A stretch of 64,000 nt of DNA from Arcobacteraceae bacterium (GCA_963662945.1 OY759974.1:1792001-1856000), one strand, 5' to 3'; counted from the first letter of the stretch, positions 54,221 through 64,000 are shown. The notes: generated by a model from the letters alone, not told the origin. A program made the numbers and translations.

Positions 54221-55549
54221 TTATTTCCTTAATCTTGATACAAAATCATTTTGTAGTATTTTATTTGGGTCTTCTTTATCTGCAAAACTCCAAAAATCAT
54301 CCCATTTTGGATAAGCTTTTTTAAAATCCTCTTGGGAAATTCTAAACTGTTTTCCCCAATGTGGTCTTCCATTGTATTTTAACAATATCTCATCAACAGT
54401 TGTAAAATATTTCAAATATTCTGGCTTCCTTCCATAAGGAAAATGTATTTTTGTTCCTATCCAACAACTATCTGTATCTCCTGTAGGACTTAGCCAATAA
54501 CTGTCTTTTTGTACAAATCGTACCTCTATTGGAGTATCGACATAAATATTTTTTTCTTTGATGGTTTCTATAACTTCACGAAAAACTTTAAAAGTATCTT
54601 TGATATCAAAAGCATACTCTACAACATCTTGTTTGAGTAAATGTGGTAAGAAAAATGCCCAATATGATTTCCATACAGAGATATTTTTTTGAGGTAATAG
54701 TATTTTTGCCATAAGTTTATTTATTTTTGGGATAAGTGTTCTTTTAAATGAGGCAAAAAAGAGTAAAAATTCATGCAAAAAGTTATTGATAAGTAATCCA
54801 TAGATGAAGTATGTATTAAATTTTTTTAATTTATTTGCTTCTTCTTTTGTAGTTCTATTCCCAAGCCATATCATAAAATCATCTGTATGTGGAATCCAAA
54901 TAAATTTAAAATGCTCATTATTTTTGAGCAGCTCATCAAAATTTTTTTCTATTTCTTCTAAACTCATCTTTTGTTCTGTTACTTCAAGATTAAAAGATGG
55001 CTCGCATTGTAAAGTGATTTTTGTTATGATTCCCAATACGCCTAAACCTACAGCATAGATATCAAACTCTTCATCACTATTATGAACTATTTTTTTCTCT
55101 CCAGTTGGAGTGATAAGTTCAAAAGTTTTCACAAAAGAGCTGAATATTTTGTAGTTTATTCCACTTCCATGGTATCCAGTACTACAGCTTCCTGCAACAC
55201 AATCAAAGATATTAGTTCCTAAGTTTGAAAGAGTAAGGTTATACGGTTTTAGTTGTTTGATTAAATCTGGCATCATCATACCAGCTTCAAATGTTGCTGT
55301 ATGATTTTCTCTATCTACCTCTAAAAGTTTTGAAAACTTTTCAAGACTTAATAAGATCCCATTTATATTTGGACAGTAGATGTCATTGTAACTATCTCCT
55401 CCACCTACAACTTTCAGTTTTGTTTGGTGTTCGTTACAATATTTTACTATGTGGATTACTTCAGCTTCATTGTTTGGATATAAAATTTCTTTGGCATCAC
55501 TTGAATATGTTTTTGCCCAGTTTTGTCGTATATTTCTATTTATTCTCAT
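54221..55549 (-). CDS. FAD-linked aldonolactone oxidase-like protein (GULO/ALO, VAO family)
   Basis: NWAKTY, STGYHGSG, LGVLGIIT, PIEVRF, GRPHWGK. Confidence 0.82.
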   Translation of the reverse strand: MRINRNIRQNWAKTYSSDAKEILYPNNEAEVIHIVKYCNEHQTKLKVVGGGDSYNDIYCPNINGILLSLEKFSKLLEVDRENHTATFEAGMMMPDLIKQLKPYNLTLSNLGTNIFDCVAGSCSTGYHGSGINYKIFSSFVKTFELITPTGEKKIVHNSDEEFDIYAVGLGVLGIITKITLQCEPSFNLEVTEQKMSLEEIEKNFDELLKNNEHFKFIWIPHTDDFMIWLGNRTTKEEANKLKKFNTYFIYGLLINNFLHEFLLFFASFKRTLIPKINKLMAKILLPQKNISVWKSYWAFFLPHLLKQDVVEYAFDIKDTFKVFREVIETIKEKNIYVDTPIEVRFVQKDSYWLSPTGDTDSCWIGTKIHFPYGRKPEYLKYFTTVDEILLKYNGRPHWGKQFRISQEDFKKAYPKWDDFWSFADKEDPNKILQNDFVSRLRK

Positions 55550-55635
55550 GGGTGTAAGTTTACAATTTTTTTAATAACATTGAAGTAAACTACTTTATTG
55601 TATAATCACACAAAATTTACTAAAGAAAGATTATC

Positions 55636-56544
55636 GTGTCAACACTCTTAGCTGTAATATCAATTTACCTTTTTATTTTTATAGGTTTTATTGCCAAAAA
55701 AGTATTTCAAGATGATATTCATGAAAAAACTTTGATTCTTATCTCTTTATATTTTTTACAACCTATGTTAACTTTTTGGGGACTTACAAGAACGCCGATA
55801 GATTTTAATTTAGTTCTCACACCGTTTTTATATTTTATAATTGTGACAATTGTTTTAGTGATATTGATATTTCTTGGAAAATATTTTTTTGATGAACAAA
55901 AGGATAGATCAATTTTTATAGCTACTTCCCTTATAGGAAATACTGGAAATTTAGGAATCCCACTTGGAATTGCACTTTTAGGGGAAAGTAGTGTTCCTTA
56001 TACAAGTATTATCAATATTGCAAATATCTTTTTTATATATACTGTAGGGATTTACTTTTTTGCTAAAAGTTCTTTTAGTTTTAAAGAATCACTTTTACAA
56101 ATGGTAAAAATACCTATTCTTTGGTTTGCTTTATTTGCATTATATTTTAACTATAGAGGTTTTTCTATACATCCTCAACTTGAGCTTATTTTACAAATGG
56201 CTGCTTATGCAACTATTGTTTTACAGCTTATTATTTTTGGAGTGTATTTGGCAAAAACAAAAATTGCTTCACATAATTATAAATTGAGTTTGAGTACAAG
56301 TTTTGTGAAGCTTATATTTTTACCACTTGTTGGTATGATAGTTGTTTTTATATCTCCATTGCCAAACGATATAGCTGCTATTTTGATAATCTCATTACTT
56401 GTGCCACTTGCAGTGAATAATGTAAATATAGCTGCACTGTATGATTGTAAACCTTATGATGTAACTGCCATAGTATTTTTAAGTACGGTGTTGTTTTTAG
56501 TTTTGATTTATTTTGATTTGAGGGTTATTGATTTTATTTTTTAG
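55636..56544 (+). CDS. AEC (auxin efflux carrier) family transporter
   Basis: GNTGNLGIP, KLIFLP, about 10 TM helices; GTG start. Confidence 0.88.
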   Translation: MSTLLAVISIYLFIFIGFIAKKVFQDDIHEKTLILISLYFLQPMLTFWGLTRTPIDFNLVLTPFLYFIIVTIVLVILIFLGKYFFDEQKDRSIFIATSLIGNTGNLGIPLGIALLGESSVPYTSIINIANIFFIYTVGIYFFAKSSFSFKESLLQMVKIPILWFALFALYFNYRGFSIHPQLELILQMAAYATIVLQLIIFGVYLAKTKIASHNYKLSLSTSFVKLIFLPLVGMIVVFISPLPNDIAAILIISLLVPLAVNNVNIAALYDCKPYDVTAIVFLSTVLFLVLIYFDLRVIDFIF

Positions 56545-56614
56545 AAAAAAATTTAATTAAAGAGAAGAAGCTACTTAATAGCCTTCTCATCAGCAACATA
56601 GATACATCTAGTAT

Positions 56615-56971
<357 letters not shown>

Positions 56972-56980
56972 TTAATTTAA

Positions 56981-58168
56981 TTAAAAAGCTCGTTTAAATT
57001 CTGGGTAAGCTTCAACCCCACATTCATTAACATCAAGACCTTCAAGTTCTTCATCATGTGTTACTTTTAAAGGTATGATTTTATTTATAATGAATAATAC
57101 TATATAACTACTTATAAAAGCAAAAACTGCAATTGTAATTACACCTTTGAGCTGTCCAAAAAATGTAATACCTTCACTAGGATTACTAGCAAATATACCA
57201 ACAGCTAAAGTCCCCCAAATACCATTTACAAGATGCACAGAAAGTGCTCCAACTGGATCATCAAGTCTTAATTTATCAAAAAATGGAACAGCTGCTACAA
57301 CTAAAGCACCACCAATTCCACCTATTAAAATTGGTTGATAGATATTGTATAAATCAGGCCCAGCAGTAATTGCTACTAAACCACCTAAAGCACCATTTAA
57401 AACCATTGTAATATCTAGTTTTTTATAGATAAAGTACATGATAAGTCCTGAGATAATTGCACCTGAAAGACCTGCTGTGTTTGTATTTAAAATAGTAAGA
57501 GCAACAGCATTTGCACTCTCTTTTGATGCAATACTTCCTACGCTTCCGCCATTAAATCCAAACCAACCAATCCATAATAAAAATGCTCCAAGTGTTACAA
57601 GTGGGATATTTGATGCTGGAATTACTCTAACTCCACCATCTTTTGGATATCTTCCATGTCTTGCACCCATTATCATTATAGCTGCTAATAATGCCCAACC
57701 ACCAGTAGAATGAATAACTGTACTTCCAGCTAAGTCATACATAGTTAAGTCAAATAGAGTTCCCTCAAGCATATCAGAACCCCAAGACCAATTTACAACT
57801 AACGGATAAATTACCGAAGACATAACAATAGCAAAAATACCTAGAGGAATCACTTTTGCTCTTTCACTTACTCCTCCACTGATAATATTAATAACCTTAC
57901 CAACAAAAGCCATTTGAAATAAAAATGCTGCCCAAGCACTCATACTATCACTGCCAAAATTACCAAAAGCTATAGAATAGCCAACAAGTAAAAAAGCCAT
58001 AGATGCTACAGCATAAATCATTGTATTCATCATTAAAACTGATGTAACATTTTTAGTTCTTACAATTCCTGCTTCAAGCATAGCAAAGCCAGGAACCATA
58101 AAAATTATTAATACAAAAGCAAATAATGCAAAAAATGTATCAATAACATAAGATATTTCAGGTGTCAT
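56981..58168 (-). CDS. amtB: Ammonium transporter
   Basis: DLAGSTVIH, LWIGWFGFNGGS, DDPVGALSVH (twin His intact). Confidence 0.95.
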   Translation of the reverse strand: MTPEISYVIDTFFALFAFVLIIFMVPGFAMLEAGIVRTKNVTSVLMMNTMIYAVASMAFLLVGYSIAFGNFGSDSMSAWAAFLFQMAFVGKVINIISGGVSERAKVIPLGIFAIVMSSVIYPLVVNWSWGSDMLEGTLFDLTMYDLAGSTVIHSTGGWALLAAIMIMGARHGRYPKDGGVRVIPASNIPLVTLGAFLLWIGWFGFNGGSVGSIASKESANAVALTILNTNTAGLSGAIISGLIMYFIYKKLDITMVLNGALGGLVAITAGPDLYNIYQPILIGGIGGALVVAAVPFFDKLRLDDPVGALSVHLVNGIWGTLAVGIFASNPSEGITFFGQLKGVITIAVFAFISSYIVLFIINKIIPLKVTHDEELEGLDVNECGVEAYPEFKRAF

Positions 58169-58194
58169 TTAAAATCCTTAGAAAAAATTATACA

Positions 58195-58249
58195 ATTATA
58201 GCAAGAATAATTTTTTCTAAAAGAGCATAATTGTATAATTAATGTACAA
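58195..58249 (-). promoter_or_regulatory. amtB promoter: extended -10 TGCTATAAT plus upstream 17-bp palindrome
   Basis: TATAAT at 58195-58200 on the minus strand; TGTATAATTAATGTACA at 58232-58248. Confidence 0.6.
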
Positions 58250-58948
58250 CTATAATATCATAGGAAGTTCTAGTTTGATTGAGTTATGGTCAAAAAATAT
58301 ATTTGCATTAGATTTAATTGCTTTATTTTCAAGGTTTTTTTCAATACTTTTATCAAAAGAAAGATTTTCATTTGAAATAAACTCTAAAGCAACAATTTTA
58401 CATTTTTTTTGATTGATTATTTCATATTCTCCAGTTTTAATGTAAACTTGAAGTGAAATATGTTTTTTATCTTTAAAAATTGAAAAACATTCATTTAAGC
58501 ACAATAAAAAGTCATTAATATTAATTTTGACTTCAGGAATAGAGATATCGTATAACTCATTAATTTCTAATTTTGAATGAAGTAGAGTACTGTTTTTTGA
58601 TAAATCTATAAGACTGAAGATATTTACAAGTTTTAGTTTTTCATCTTTAATTGTATGAGTGCTATTTGATACTACTTTATAGAGTCTAAGAGCAATCTCA
58701 TCATCATTTGCATAACCTACAAGTATTGCATAGTATGATTGTTTATTGTATTTTAAAGATACATATTTATGATTAAAACCAAAATTTAAACTAGCATTTG
58801 AAACTGCAAGTTGAAAAAGTTCTTTAATACTAACAAAGTTTAGTAAAAATTCTGCCTCTTTGTTATAGCTTTTTACTTTCCCACTTGAATCAAATAAAAG
58901 ATATGGATTAAGATCATTTTCTATTAGTTGTTCATAAAAATCTTTCAT
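58250..58948 (-). CDS. PAS-like protein, possible degenerate NtrB-like partner
   Basis: PAS-like start (LIENDLNPYLLFDSSGKVKSYNKEAE); YDISIPEV...KLELPM resembles an eroded HATPase; no H-box or G-boxes seen. Confidence 0.5.
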   Translation of the reverse strand: MKDFYEQLIENDLNPYLLFDSSGKVKSYNKEAEFLLNFVSIKELFQLAVSNASLNFGFNHKYVSLKYNKQSYYAILVGYANDDEIALRLYKVVSNSTHTIKDEKLKLVNIFSLIDLSKNSTLLHSKLEINELYDISIPEVKININDFLLCLNECFSIFKDKKHISLQVYIKTGEYEIINQKKCKIVALEFISNENLSFDKSIEKNLENKAIKSNANIFFDHNSIKLELPMIL

Positions 58949-58956
58949 TTTAGCTC

Positions 58957-59715
58957 CTAGTTTTCTAACTCAGCAGAGTATTGGTCTATTTTTTTTCGCA
59001 AAGTAATTCTATTGATTTGTAGTTTATTAGCCATTTGTAATTGAGATTTATACTCTTTTTTTGCTGCTTTTAATAAAGGAATTTCAAAATATTCCAATAA
59101 ATCTTTGTAGTTGTATTCTTTTTTTAATTTGTTCAATATAAATTGTTCTAAACTATAACTCATATCTTCATCTTTTAAAGATTTTAATATTGAATTTTTA
59201 AATATAGATTTTTTCAAAGAAACACCATTTGTTGATAAATCTATATCTATATCTTTTGATTCAATATCTATTTCATAAATCTCTTTTGCCTCTTTAAGAT
59301 ATATTTTAATTAATTCTTCTAAATCCTCTTTTCTCTCTGCTAGTGGTGGAATATCTAATTTTACTGCAAATGAAGCTTCAATATCTTGAGGTAAATATGT
59401 TGAAGTTGCTACAACTTTAATATGAATAAGTCTTTCTAAAAATTCTTTTTTATTAACAACTTGTTCTATATTTGTAATAATTATTTCTACATATTCTTCA
59501 ATATTTGCTGTTTTATTTATAAGAGTTTCTTCTAATGTTCTTGCATCAAAAATTGATGCATCTGGTAAAATATTTTGTGCTAATATTTTTTTTCCAACAC
59601 CTTTAGGTCCTATAATCAAAATATTAACAGGTAAACTTGAAGAGATTTGTGCTATATTTAAAAGTTTTTTTGATGATTCAGATTTTGCTATAAATTTATT
59701 CATATTACTAATCAC
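58957..59715 (-). CDS. Truncated NtrC/Fis-family regulator (short AAA-like region plus Fis HTH)
   Basis: ILIIGPKGVGK Walker A, IPPLAERKEDL, SQLQMANKLQINRITLRKKI HTH; no REC domain and no GAFTGA. Confidence 0.75.
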   Translation of the reverse strand: MISNMNKFIAKSESSKKLLNIAQISSSLPVNILIIGPKGVGKKILAQNILPDASIFDARTLEETLINKTANIEEYVEIIITNIEQVVNKKEFLERLIHIKVVATSTYLPQDIEASFAVKLDIPPLAERKEDLEELIKIYLKEAKEIYEIDIESKDIDIDLSTNGVSLKKSIFKNSILKSLKDEDMSYSLEQFILNKLKKEYNYKDLLEYFEIPLLKAAKKEYKSQLQMANKLQINRITLRKKIDQYSAELEN

Positions 59716-60757
59716 ACTTATTTAATTTATCTTGTACATATTTTTTAACATCACTGTACAAAGAACTTTCTTTAAAGTCATCAAATGCTGCTCCACTAGC
59801 ATTAGGATGTCCTCCACCATTAGCAAGTTTTTGAGCAAGAACTGATACATCTATTTTATTGTCTGCTCGAAATCCAGCCCGCCCCCGTCTTCCAATATCC
59901 ATAAAAAAGTCATAATCAGGATTTGCTTTTAAAAATGCGTTAGCAGAAATTGATATATTCCCTAAGCTATAGGTTAAAAGGCCCTTGAAGTTTTTATAAT
60001 AAACAGTAAGTTCTTCTTTTTTACTGTCTAAAGAATCTACAAGATATGAAGAACTTAAATTATCAAGTGTATTATTTATACCACTATTATTTAAAAATTC
60101 TTTTTTAAAGTGGTATATTTTTTCATCAAGTAAAATATATCCATCTTCCATAGTGATGTAATCTAAAGCTTTTGTTAATAAAAAGTGTTTGTAGTCTCTA
60201 TGTTGTGTTGGGAACAAAAGATTGTTTATCTCAAATGATTTAGTAATCATACTCATACAAACTTTCCCAAACTCAAAAAGTTCATCTTTGTCTTTCCAAA
60301 TATCTGCAGCGTTTATTGCTTGAACTAATTTAGAAAAATGAGGTTCACATTTCTCTTCAAATTTTTCATAATTTGTACAGAAATAATCATAGGTAATAAG
60401 TGTTGCAGATCTTGAAGTGTCTAAAAAATACCACTCATATTTCTCACTACTTTTTTTCCCAGTGATATGATGATCTAGAAGTTGTAAAGTGATTTTATAA
60501 CCATCATTGATAAGATTAGAGATTTTTTTATCTAAGTTTTTTGATTCATCTGTTGTGAGGTTTAAATCGGTAATCAAAAAAAGAATCTCTTCATCTTTTG
60601 AAATTTGCTGTATATTTTCTAATACTTCATTTATAAATAGTTTTACTTCCAGACCATAATTAGCATTTAAAAAAGTACCTTCTGGAAAAATTTTTCTTGA
60701 TATAAGTTGGCAACCATAGCCATCCATATCTGTATGTGAGATGTGAAAAAACTTCAT
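59708..60757 (-). CDS. DHH/DHHA1 phosphoesterase (NrnB-like)
   Basis: HISHTDMDG, ITDL, LLDHH, GGGHPNASG. Confidence 0.88.
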   Translation of the reverse strand: MKFFHISHTDMDGYGCQLISRKIFPEGTFLNANYGLEVKLFINEVLENIQQISKDEEILFLITDLNLTTDESKNLDKKISNLINDGYKITLQLLDHHITGKKSSEKYEWYFLDTSRSATLITYDYFCTNYEKFEEKCEPHFSKLVQAINAADIWKDKDELFEFGKVCMSMITKSFEINNLLFPTQHRDYKHFLLTKALDYITMEDGYILLDEKIYHFKKEFLNNSGINNTLDNLSSSYLVDSLDSKKEELTVYYKNFKGLLTYSLGNISISANAFLKANPDYDFFMDIGRRGRAGFRADNKIDVSVLAQKLANGGGHPNASGAAFDDFKESSLYSDVKKYVQDKLNKCD

Positions 60758-60780
60758 TTTTAAAAAACCTTGTAATATTT

Positions 60781-60797
60781 TGTATAGTTATTATACA
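60781..60797. promoter_or_regulatory. 17-bp palindrome overlapping the -10 of the DHH / Fis-regulator operon
   Basis: TGTATA-GTTAT-TATACA; minus-strand TATAAT at 60790-60795. Confidence 0.5.
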
Positions 60798-60828
60798 CTA
60801 AAAGTAATTATAACTCTCTTTTTTTTGA

Positions 60829-61227
60829 TTATAAAATATCTTTTAATGTTAAATTATCTAAAAATCCATTGATTTTATTTTGTAAATTTGCAAGTAGTGG
60901 AAAAACTGTACAACCTCCATTTACACTTGCACTACAAGTACTATTATCGCTAGTACATTCAAATACTGAAGGAAGTTTTTCTTCGGCAATAGTAGTTATT
61001 TCTAAAATAGTAAGTTCTTCACAAGATTTTTTTAAAGTAAATCCTCCATTATTCCCTTTATATGAATTAAGTATTCCATTTTTTGCTAGATTTTGCAAAA
61101 TTTTAGCTAGAAAAGATTTTGATATATTAAGTTCTGTTGCTAATATATCCACATTTTTAGGTTGATCACTTTTTGCAATACTTACTAATGATAATAAAGC
61201 ATATTCACTTTTTTTTGTTAATAACAT
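60829..61227 (-). CDS. Rrf2-family transcriptional regulator with three Cys
   Basis: YALLSL, SFLAKILQNL, GNNGGFTL, ECTSDNSTC...GC. Confidence 0.9.
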   Translation of the reverse strand: MLLTKKSEYALLSLVSIAKSDQPKNVDILATELNISKSFLAKILQNLAKNGILNSYKGNNGGFTLKKSCEELTILEITTIAEEKLPSVFECTSDNSTCSASVNGGCTVFPLLANLQNKINGFLDNLTLKDIL

Positions 61228-61327
61228 ATTATTCCTACTATTTTAAAGATTAGAGGATTGTACTAAAATTCTTGTAATGTTTTAATTAAGACAATTTTTG
61301 TTTTATTTGGATTAAAGTTAATTTAAG

Positions 61328-61362
61328 AAAAAAGGGGAGATAGCAAAAGCTACCTCCCCTTT
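61328..61362 (-). terminator. Intrinsic terminator of rpsO
   Basis: GGGGAGGTAGC-TTTT-GCTATCTCCCC followed by a T-run on the minus strand. Confidence 0.85.
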
Positions 61363-61384
61363 ATAAAAATAGTTTTAGTTAAAA

Positions 61385-61657
61385 CTATTTTGCTCTGATT
61401 CCTAAATCAGCAACTAGTTGTGTAAATTTAGCGAAATCTGTTCTTCTTAAGTATTTAAGAAGTCTTTTTCTTTTTCCAACCATTTTTAATAGACCTAATC
61501 TTGAATGATGATCTTTGTGATTTTCTTTTAAATGATCTGTTAATCTAGCTATTTGTGCACTTAATACTGCTATTTGTACTTCTGCTGAACCTGTGTCTTT
61601 TCCATCTCTTTGGTATTTAGAGATAATCTCTTGTTTTACGTCCTGATCTAAAGCCAT
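61385..61657 (-). CDS. rpsO: 30S ribosomal protein S15 (start at ATG 61657)
   Basis: [29 protein letters not shown] precedes MALD. Confidence 0.96.
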   Translation of the reverse strand: MALDQDVKQEIISKYQRDGKDTGSAEVQIAVLSAQIARLTDHLKENHKDHHSRLGLLKMVGKRKRLLKYLRRTDFAKFTQLVADLGIRAK

Positions 61658-61770
61658 AATGGACCTCCTGATTGGTATATTTAATCTCAAATGTAATCAA
61701 CACTACAAATGGAAAGCGAATAATACTAAAATAAACTTATATTTTAACTTAAATAGATAAAAATTACAAA

Positions 61771-61977
61771 TTATCCACCACCACATAATCCCTTATAGTT
61801 TGTATTTTTGATTTTTTCAAGATAAACAAGAGTATGCTCAAGAACTTTTTTTTCTTCAACTAATGGTTGCATTAAAGCATTTTTATCTGTTAAATTTATT
61901 TTTTGATTATCCACTAGTGCTAAAACTTCATTTTTTATTTCATCAATTCTATTATTTAGAATAGTTATCATTTTCAT
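61771..61977 (-). CDS. Small hypothetical coiled-coil protein
   Basis: 68-aa ORF with TAAGGA RBS; ends LCGGG. Confidence 0.55.
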   Translation of the reverse strand: MKMITILNNRIDEIKNEVLALVDNQKINLTDKNALMQPLVEEKKVLEHTLVYLEKIKNTNYKGLCGGG

Positions 61978-62024
61978 ATTTTAATCCTTATTTGGTATAA
62001 TAACTACAATAAATTAAAATTTGG

Positions 62025-62804
62025 ATGAAAATGGAATTTGATCAAAATATATTTTTCGATGAGTTTAATAATAAAATTATAAGCTTAGAGAATGCTCTTG
62101 TTGATCTTAAAAACGGAGATTATAGTACAGAAGTTATTAATGAAATATTTCGAGATATTCATACTATAAAAAGTACCTCTGATTTATTAGGTATGTTTTC
62201 TTTAGTTGGAGTTACCCATAAAGCAGAAGATGTACTAGATGCAATAAGAAATAAAAAAATAACTATGAATGATACTATATGTTCATTATTTATTGAATTT
62301 AAAGATTATATTTCCCTATCTATTAAAAATGTTTCAATGGGTATTTTTGATGATGAATTGGTGGAAAGTTTAACAATCTATTTTGAAAAAGAATTTGATT
62401 TTTATCTTCATCAAGCTTCTGATGAAAATACAAAAGAGATAGAGAAAAAAACGATTCTAATAGTGGAAGATTCTACAATTATGAGATATATGATAAAAAA
62501 ACTGGCACTTGATAATGGATATAATATTTTTATTGCAGATAATGGTGCTGATGGATATAAAAAAATAGAAAATCATGATATAGATTTAATTATTTGTGAT
62601 TTAACTACGCCAAATATTGGTACAAAAGAGATGATTACAAAAATAAAACAAAACATACGATATGATCAAATACCAATTATTATGCTTGTTAATTATATAA
62701 GTAATGATCTAATCGAATATGGTAAACATATTGGTGCAAGAGCTTGGCTTAGTAAACCAATAGATAATAATAAACTTTTAATGATGCTAAATAAAATACT
62801 TTAG
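62025..62804 (+). CDS. HPt (CheA P1-like) plus receiver domain protein
   Basis: INEIFRDIHTIKS...THKAEDVLD; ILIVEDS, IICD, LSKP. Confidence 0.85.
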   Translation: MKMEFDQNIFFDEFNNKIISLENALVDLKNGDYSTEVINEIFRDIHTIKSTSDLLGMFSLVGVTHKAEDVLDAIRNKKITMNDTICSLFIEFKDYISLSIKNVSMGIFDDELVESLTIYFEKEFDFYLHQASDENTKEIEKKTILIVEDSTIMRYMIKKLALDNGYNIFIADNGADGYKKIENHDIDLIICDLTTPNIGTKEMITKIKQNIRYDQIPIIMLVNYISNDLIEYGKHIGARAWLSKPIDNNKLLMMLNKIL

Positions 62805-62890
62805 TAAATATTCTACAAATCTCATCAAAGAAGTTCTATGGTATAATTCCAAAAATTTATTAAACTGAGTAACTAAAAATAGGATTTAAA

Positions 62891-63340
62891 ATGAAAGTAT
62901 TATTAATAAAAGATGTAAAGTCTTTAGGAAAAGCAGGAGAAGTTAAAGAGGTAAAAGATGGTTACGGAAAAAACTTTTTAATAGGAAAAGGTTTTGCTAA
63001 ACACGCTACACCAGAAGTTTTAGAAGAGTGGGCACAAGAACAAGCAAACTTAGAAGCAGTATTAGAAGCTGAAATTGCAGAAGCTAAAGAGATTAAAGAA
63101 AAAATTGATAGTTTTCAATTTACAATCAAACATAAAGTTGGAGCGAATGGACATTTAATAGGAAGTGTTACGAGTAAAGAAGTTCAACAAGTAATGTATG
63201 AACAAGCAAATATTGCTATTGATAAAAAACAAATAACAATTACAGATAAAATAAAATCTATAGGTATATTTGAAGCTGATTGTAAACTAGGAAATGGAAT
63301 TCATGCAATTGCTAAAATAGATGTAATTGCTGAGATTTAA
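62891..63340 (+). CDS. rplI: 50S ribosomal protein L9
   Basis: MKVLLIKDVKSLGKAGEVKEVKDGYGKNFL. Confidence 0.97.
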   Translation: MKVLLIKDVKSLGKAGEVKEVKDGYGKNFLIGKGFAKHATPEVLEEWAQEQANLEAVLEAEIAEAKEIKEKIDSFQFTIKHKVGANGHLIGSVTSKEVQQVMYEQANIAIDKKQITITDKIKSIGIFEADCKLGNGIHAIAKIDVIAEI

Positions 63341-63352
63341 GGAGTCTGATTT

Positions 63353-63901
63353 ATGTTTGAAGCAACTACAATACTTGCATACAAAAGTGAAGATGGAACA
63401 GCAGTAATTGGTGGAGATGGTCAAGTTACATTTGGTGATACTGTTTTAAAAAATAATGCTACAAAAATAAGAACACTTTATAATGGGAAAGTATTAGCAG
63501 GATTTGCAGGAAGTACTGCAGATGCTTTTAATCTTTTTGATATGTTTGAAGCACATTTAGAAAATACAAAAGGTGATTTATTAAAATCAGTTGTGAATTT
63601 TTCTAAAGAGTGGCGAAAAGATAAAACACTAAGACGACTTGAAGCTATGATGTTGGTTTTAAATGAAAATCATATTTTTATATTAAGTGGTACTGGGGAT
63701 GTTGTTGAACCAGAAGATGGCTGTTTAGCATCTATTGGAAGTGGTGGAAACTATGCAATAGCAGCAGCAAGAGCTCTAAAAAAACATTCAAATTTAGAAC
63801 CATTAGAACTTGTACGAGAGTCTTTAATGACAGCTGGAGAACTTTGTATTTATACAAATCAGAATATAAAAACATTAACATTGGATAAGGAAGAAAAATA
63901 A
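63353..63901 (+). CDS. hslV: ATP-dependent protease subunit HslV
   Basis: [26 protein letters not shown]. Confidence 0.97.
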   Translation: MFEATTILAYKSEDGTAVIGGDGQVTFGDTVLKNNATKIRTLYNGKVLAGFAGSTADAFNLFDMFEAHLENTKGDLLKSVVNFSKEWRKDKTLRRLEAMMLVLNENHIFILSGTGDVVEPEDGCLASIGSGGNYAIAAARALKKHSNLEPLELVRESLMTAGELCIYTNQNIKTLTLDKEEK

Positions 63902-64000
63902 TGGATATGACTCCAAAACAAATAGTATCTTATCTTGATGATTATATCATCGGTCAAAAAGATGCAAAAAAAACAATTGCAATTGCTTTACGAAATAGAT
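63901..64000 (+). CDS. hslU: HslU ATPase, N-terminal fragment (runs off the right edge)
   Basis: [36 protein letters not shown] overlaps the hslV stop. Confidence 0.93.
   Translation, partial: MDMTPKQIVSYLDDYIIGQKDAKKTIAIALRNR

Noticed and set aside
56560-56614. Terminator between the AEC transporter and PII genes
   Set aside because: Bulged GAGAAG/CTTCTC stem with a weak U-tract; too uncertain to call
58169-58249. sigma54 promoter for amtB
   Set aside because: No TGGCAC-N5-TTGC element; an extended sigma70 -10 is present instead
61658-61690. 11-aa N-terminal extension of S15 from an upstream TTG
   Set aside because: AGGAGG lies inside the extension directly before ATG 61657, which gives a normal-length S15
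61658-61730. S15 autoregulatory leader RNA
   Set aside because: Only a 6-bp hairpin (TGTAGT-GTTG-ATTACA) is visible; plausible but not supportable without alignments

Overview
AT-rich chromosomal window from a Campylobacterota bacterium, probably Arcobacteraceae-like (inferred from the pyrH-rpoZ-spoT-tyrS-NMO-amiA, mqnF-sppA-mqnE and rplI-hslVU gene orders and an M99 Csd4/Pgp1 peptidase). I saw no rRNA, tRNA, CRISPR array, transposase or phage gene. Housekeeping genes alternate with many signalling modules. The most notable are: (1) an amtB-PII locus preceded by degenerate NtrB- and NtrC-like genes, with a 17-bp NtrC-box-like palindrome (TGTAY-N7-RTACA) at both the amtB sigma70-type promoter and the regulator operon's own -10; (2) a CheW-less CheA-like kinase fused to an NMT1-like periplasmic domain, followed by CheX, a CheY-like protein, and a diguanylate cyclase and hybrid kinase sharing a near-identical Cys-bearing PAS-like input domain; (3) an unannotated 24-aa leader peptide with four tandem Leu codons upstream of leuA; (4) a tandemly duplicated promoter + small secreted protein + hairpin cassette beside an OmpR-type two-component system; (5) a double-DUF1538 transporter fused to a PII-like domain, next to a Kv/RCK channel; (6) a class II PDE / CHASE2 adenylate cyclase / GAF-HD-GYP cluster; (7) an arsenic cluster led by a degenerate, apparently frameshifted MBL-fold gene; (8) an aldonolactone-oxidase-like flavoprotein lacking the FAD-linking His. 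All family calls come from recognising motifs by eye; no searches were run.
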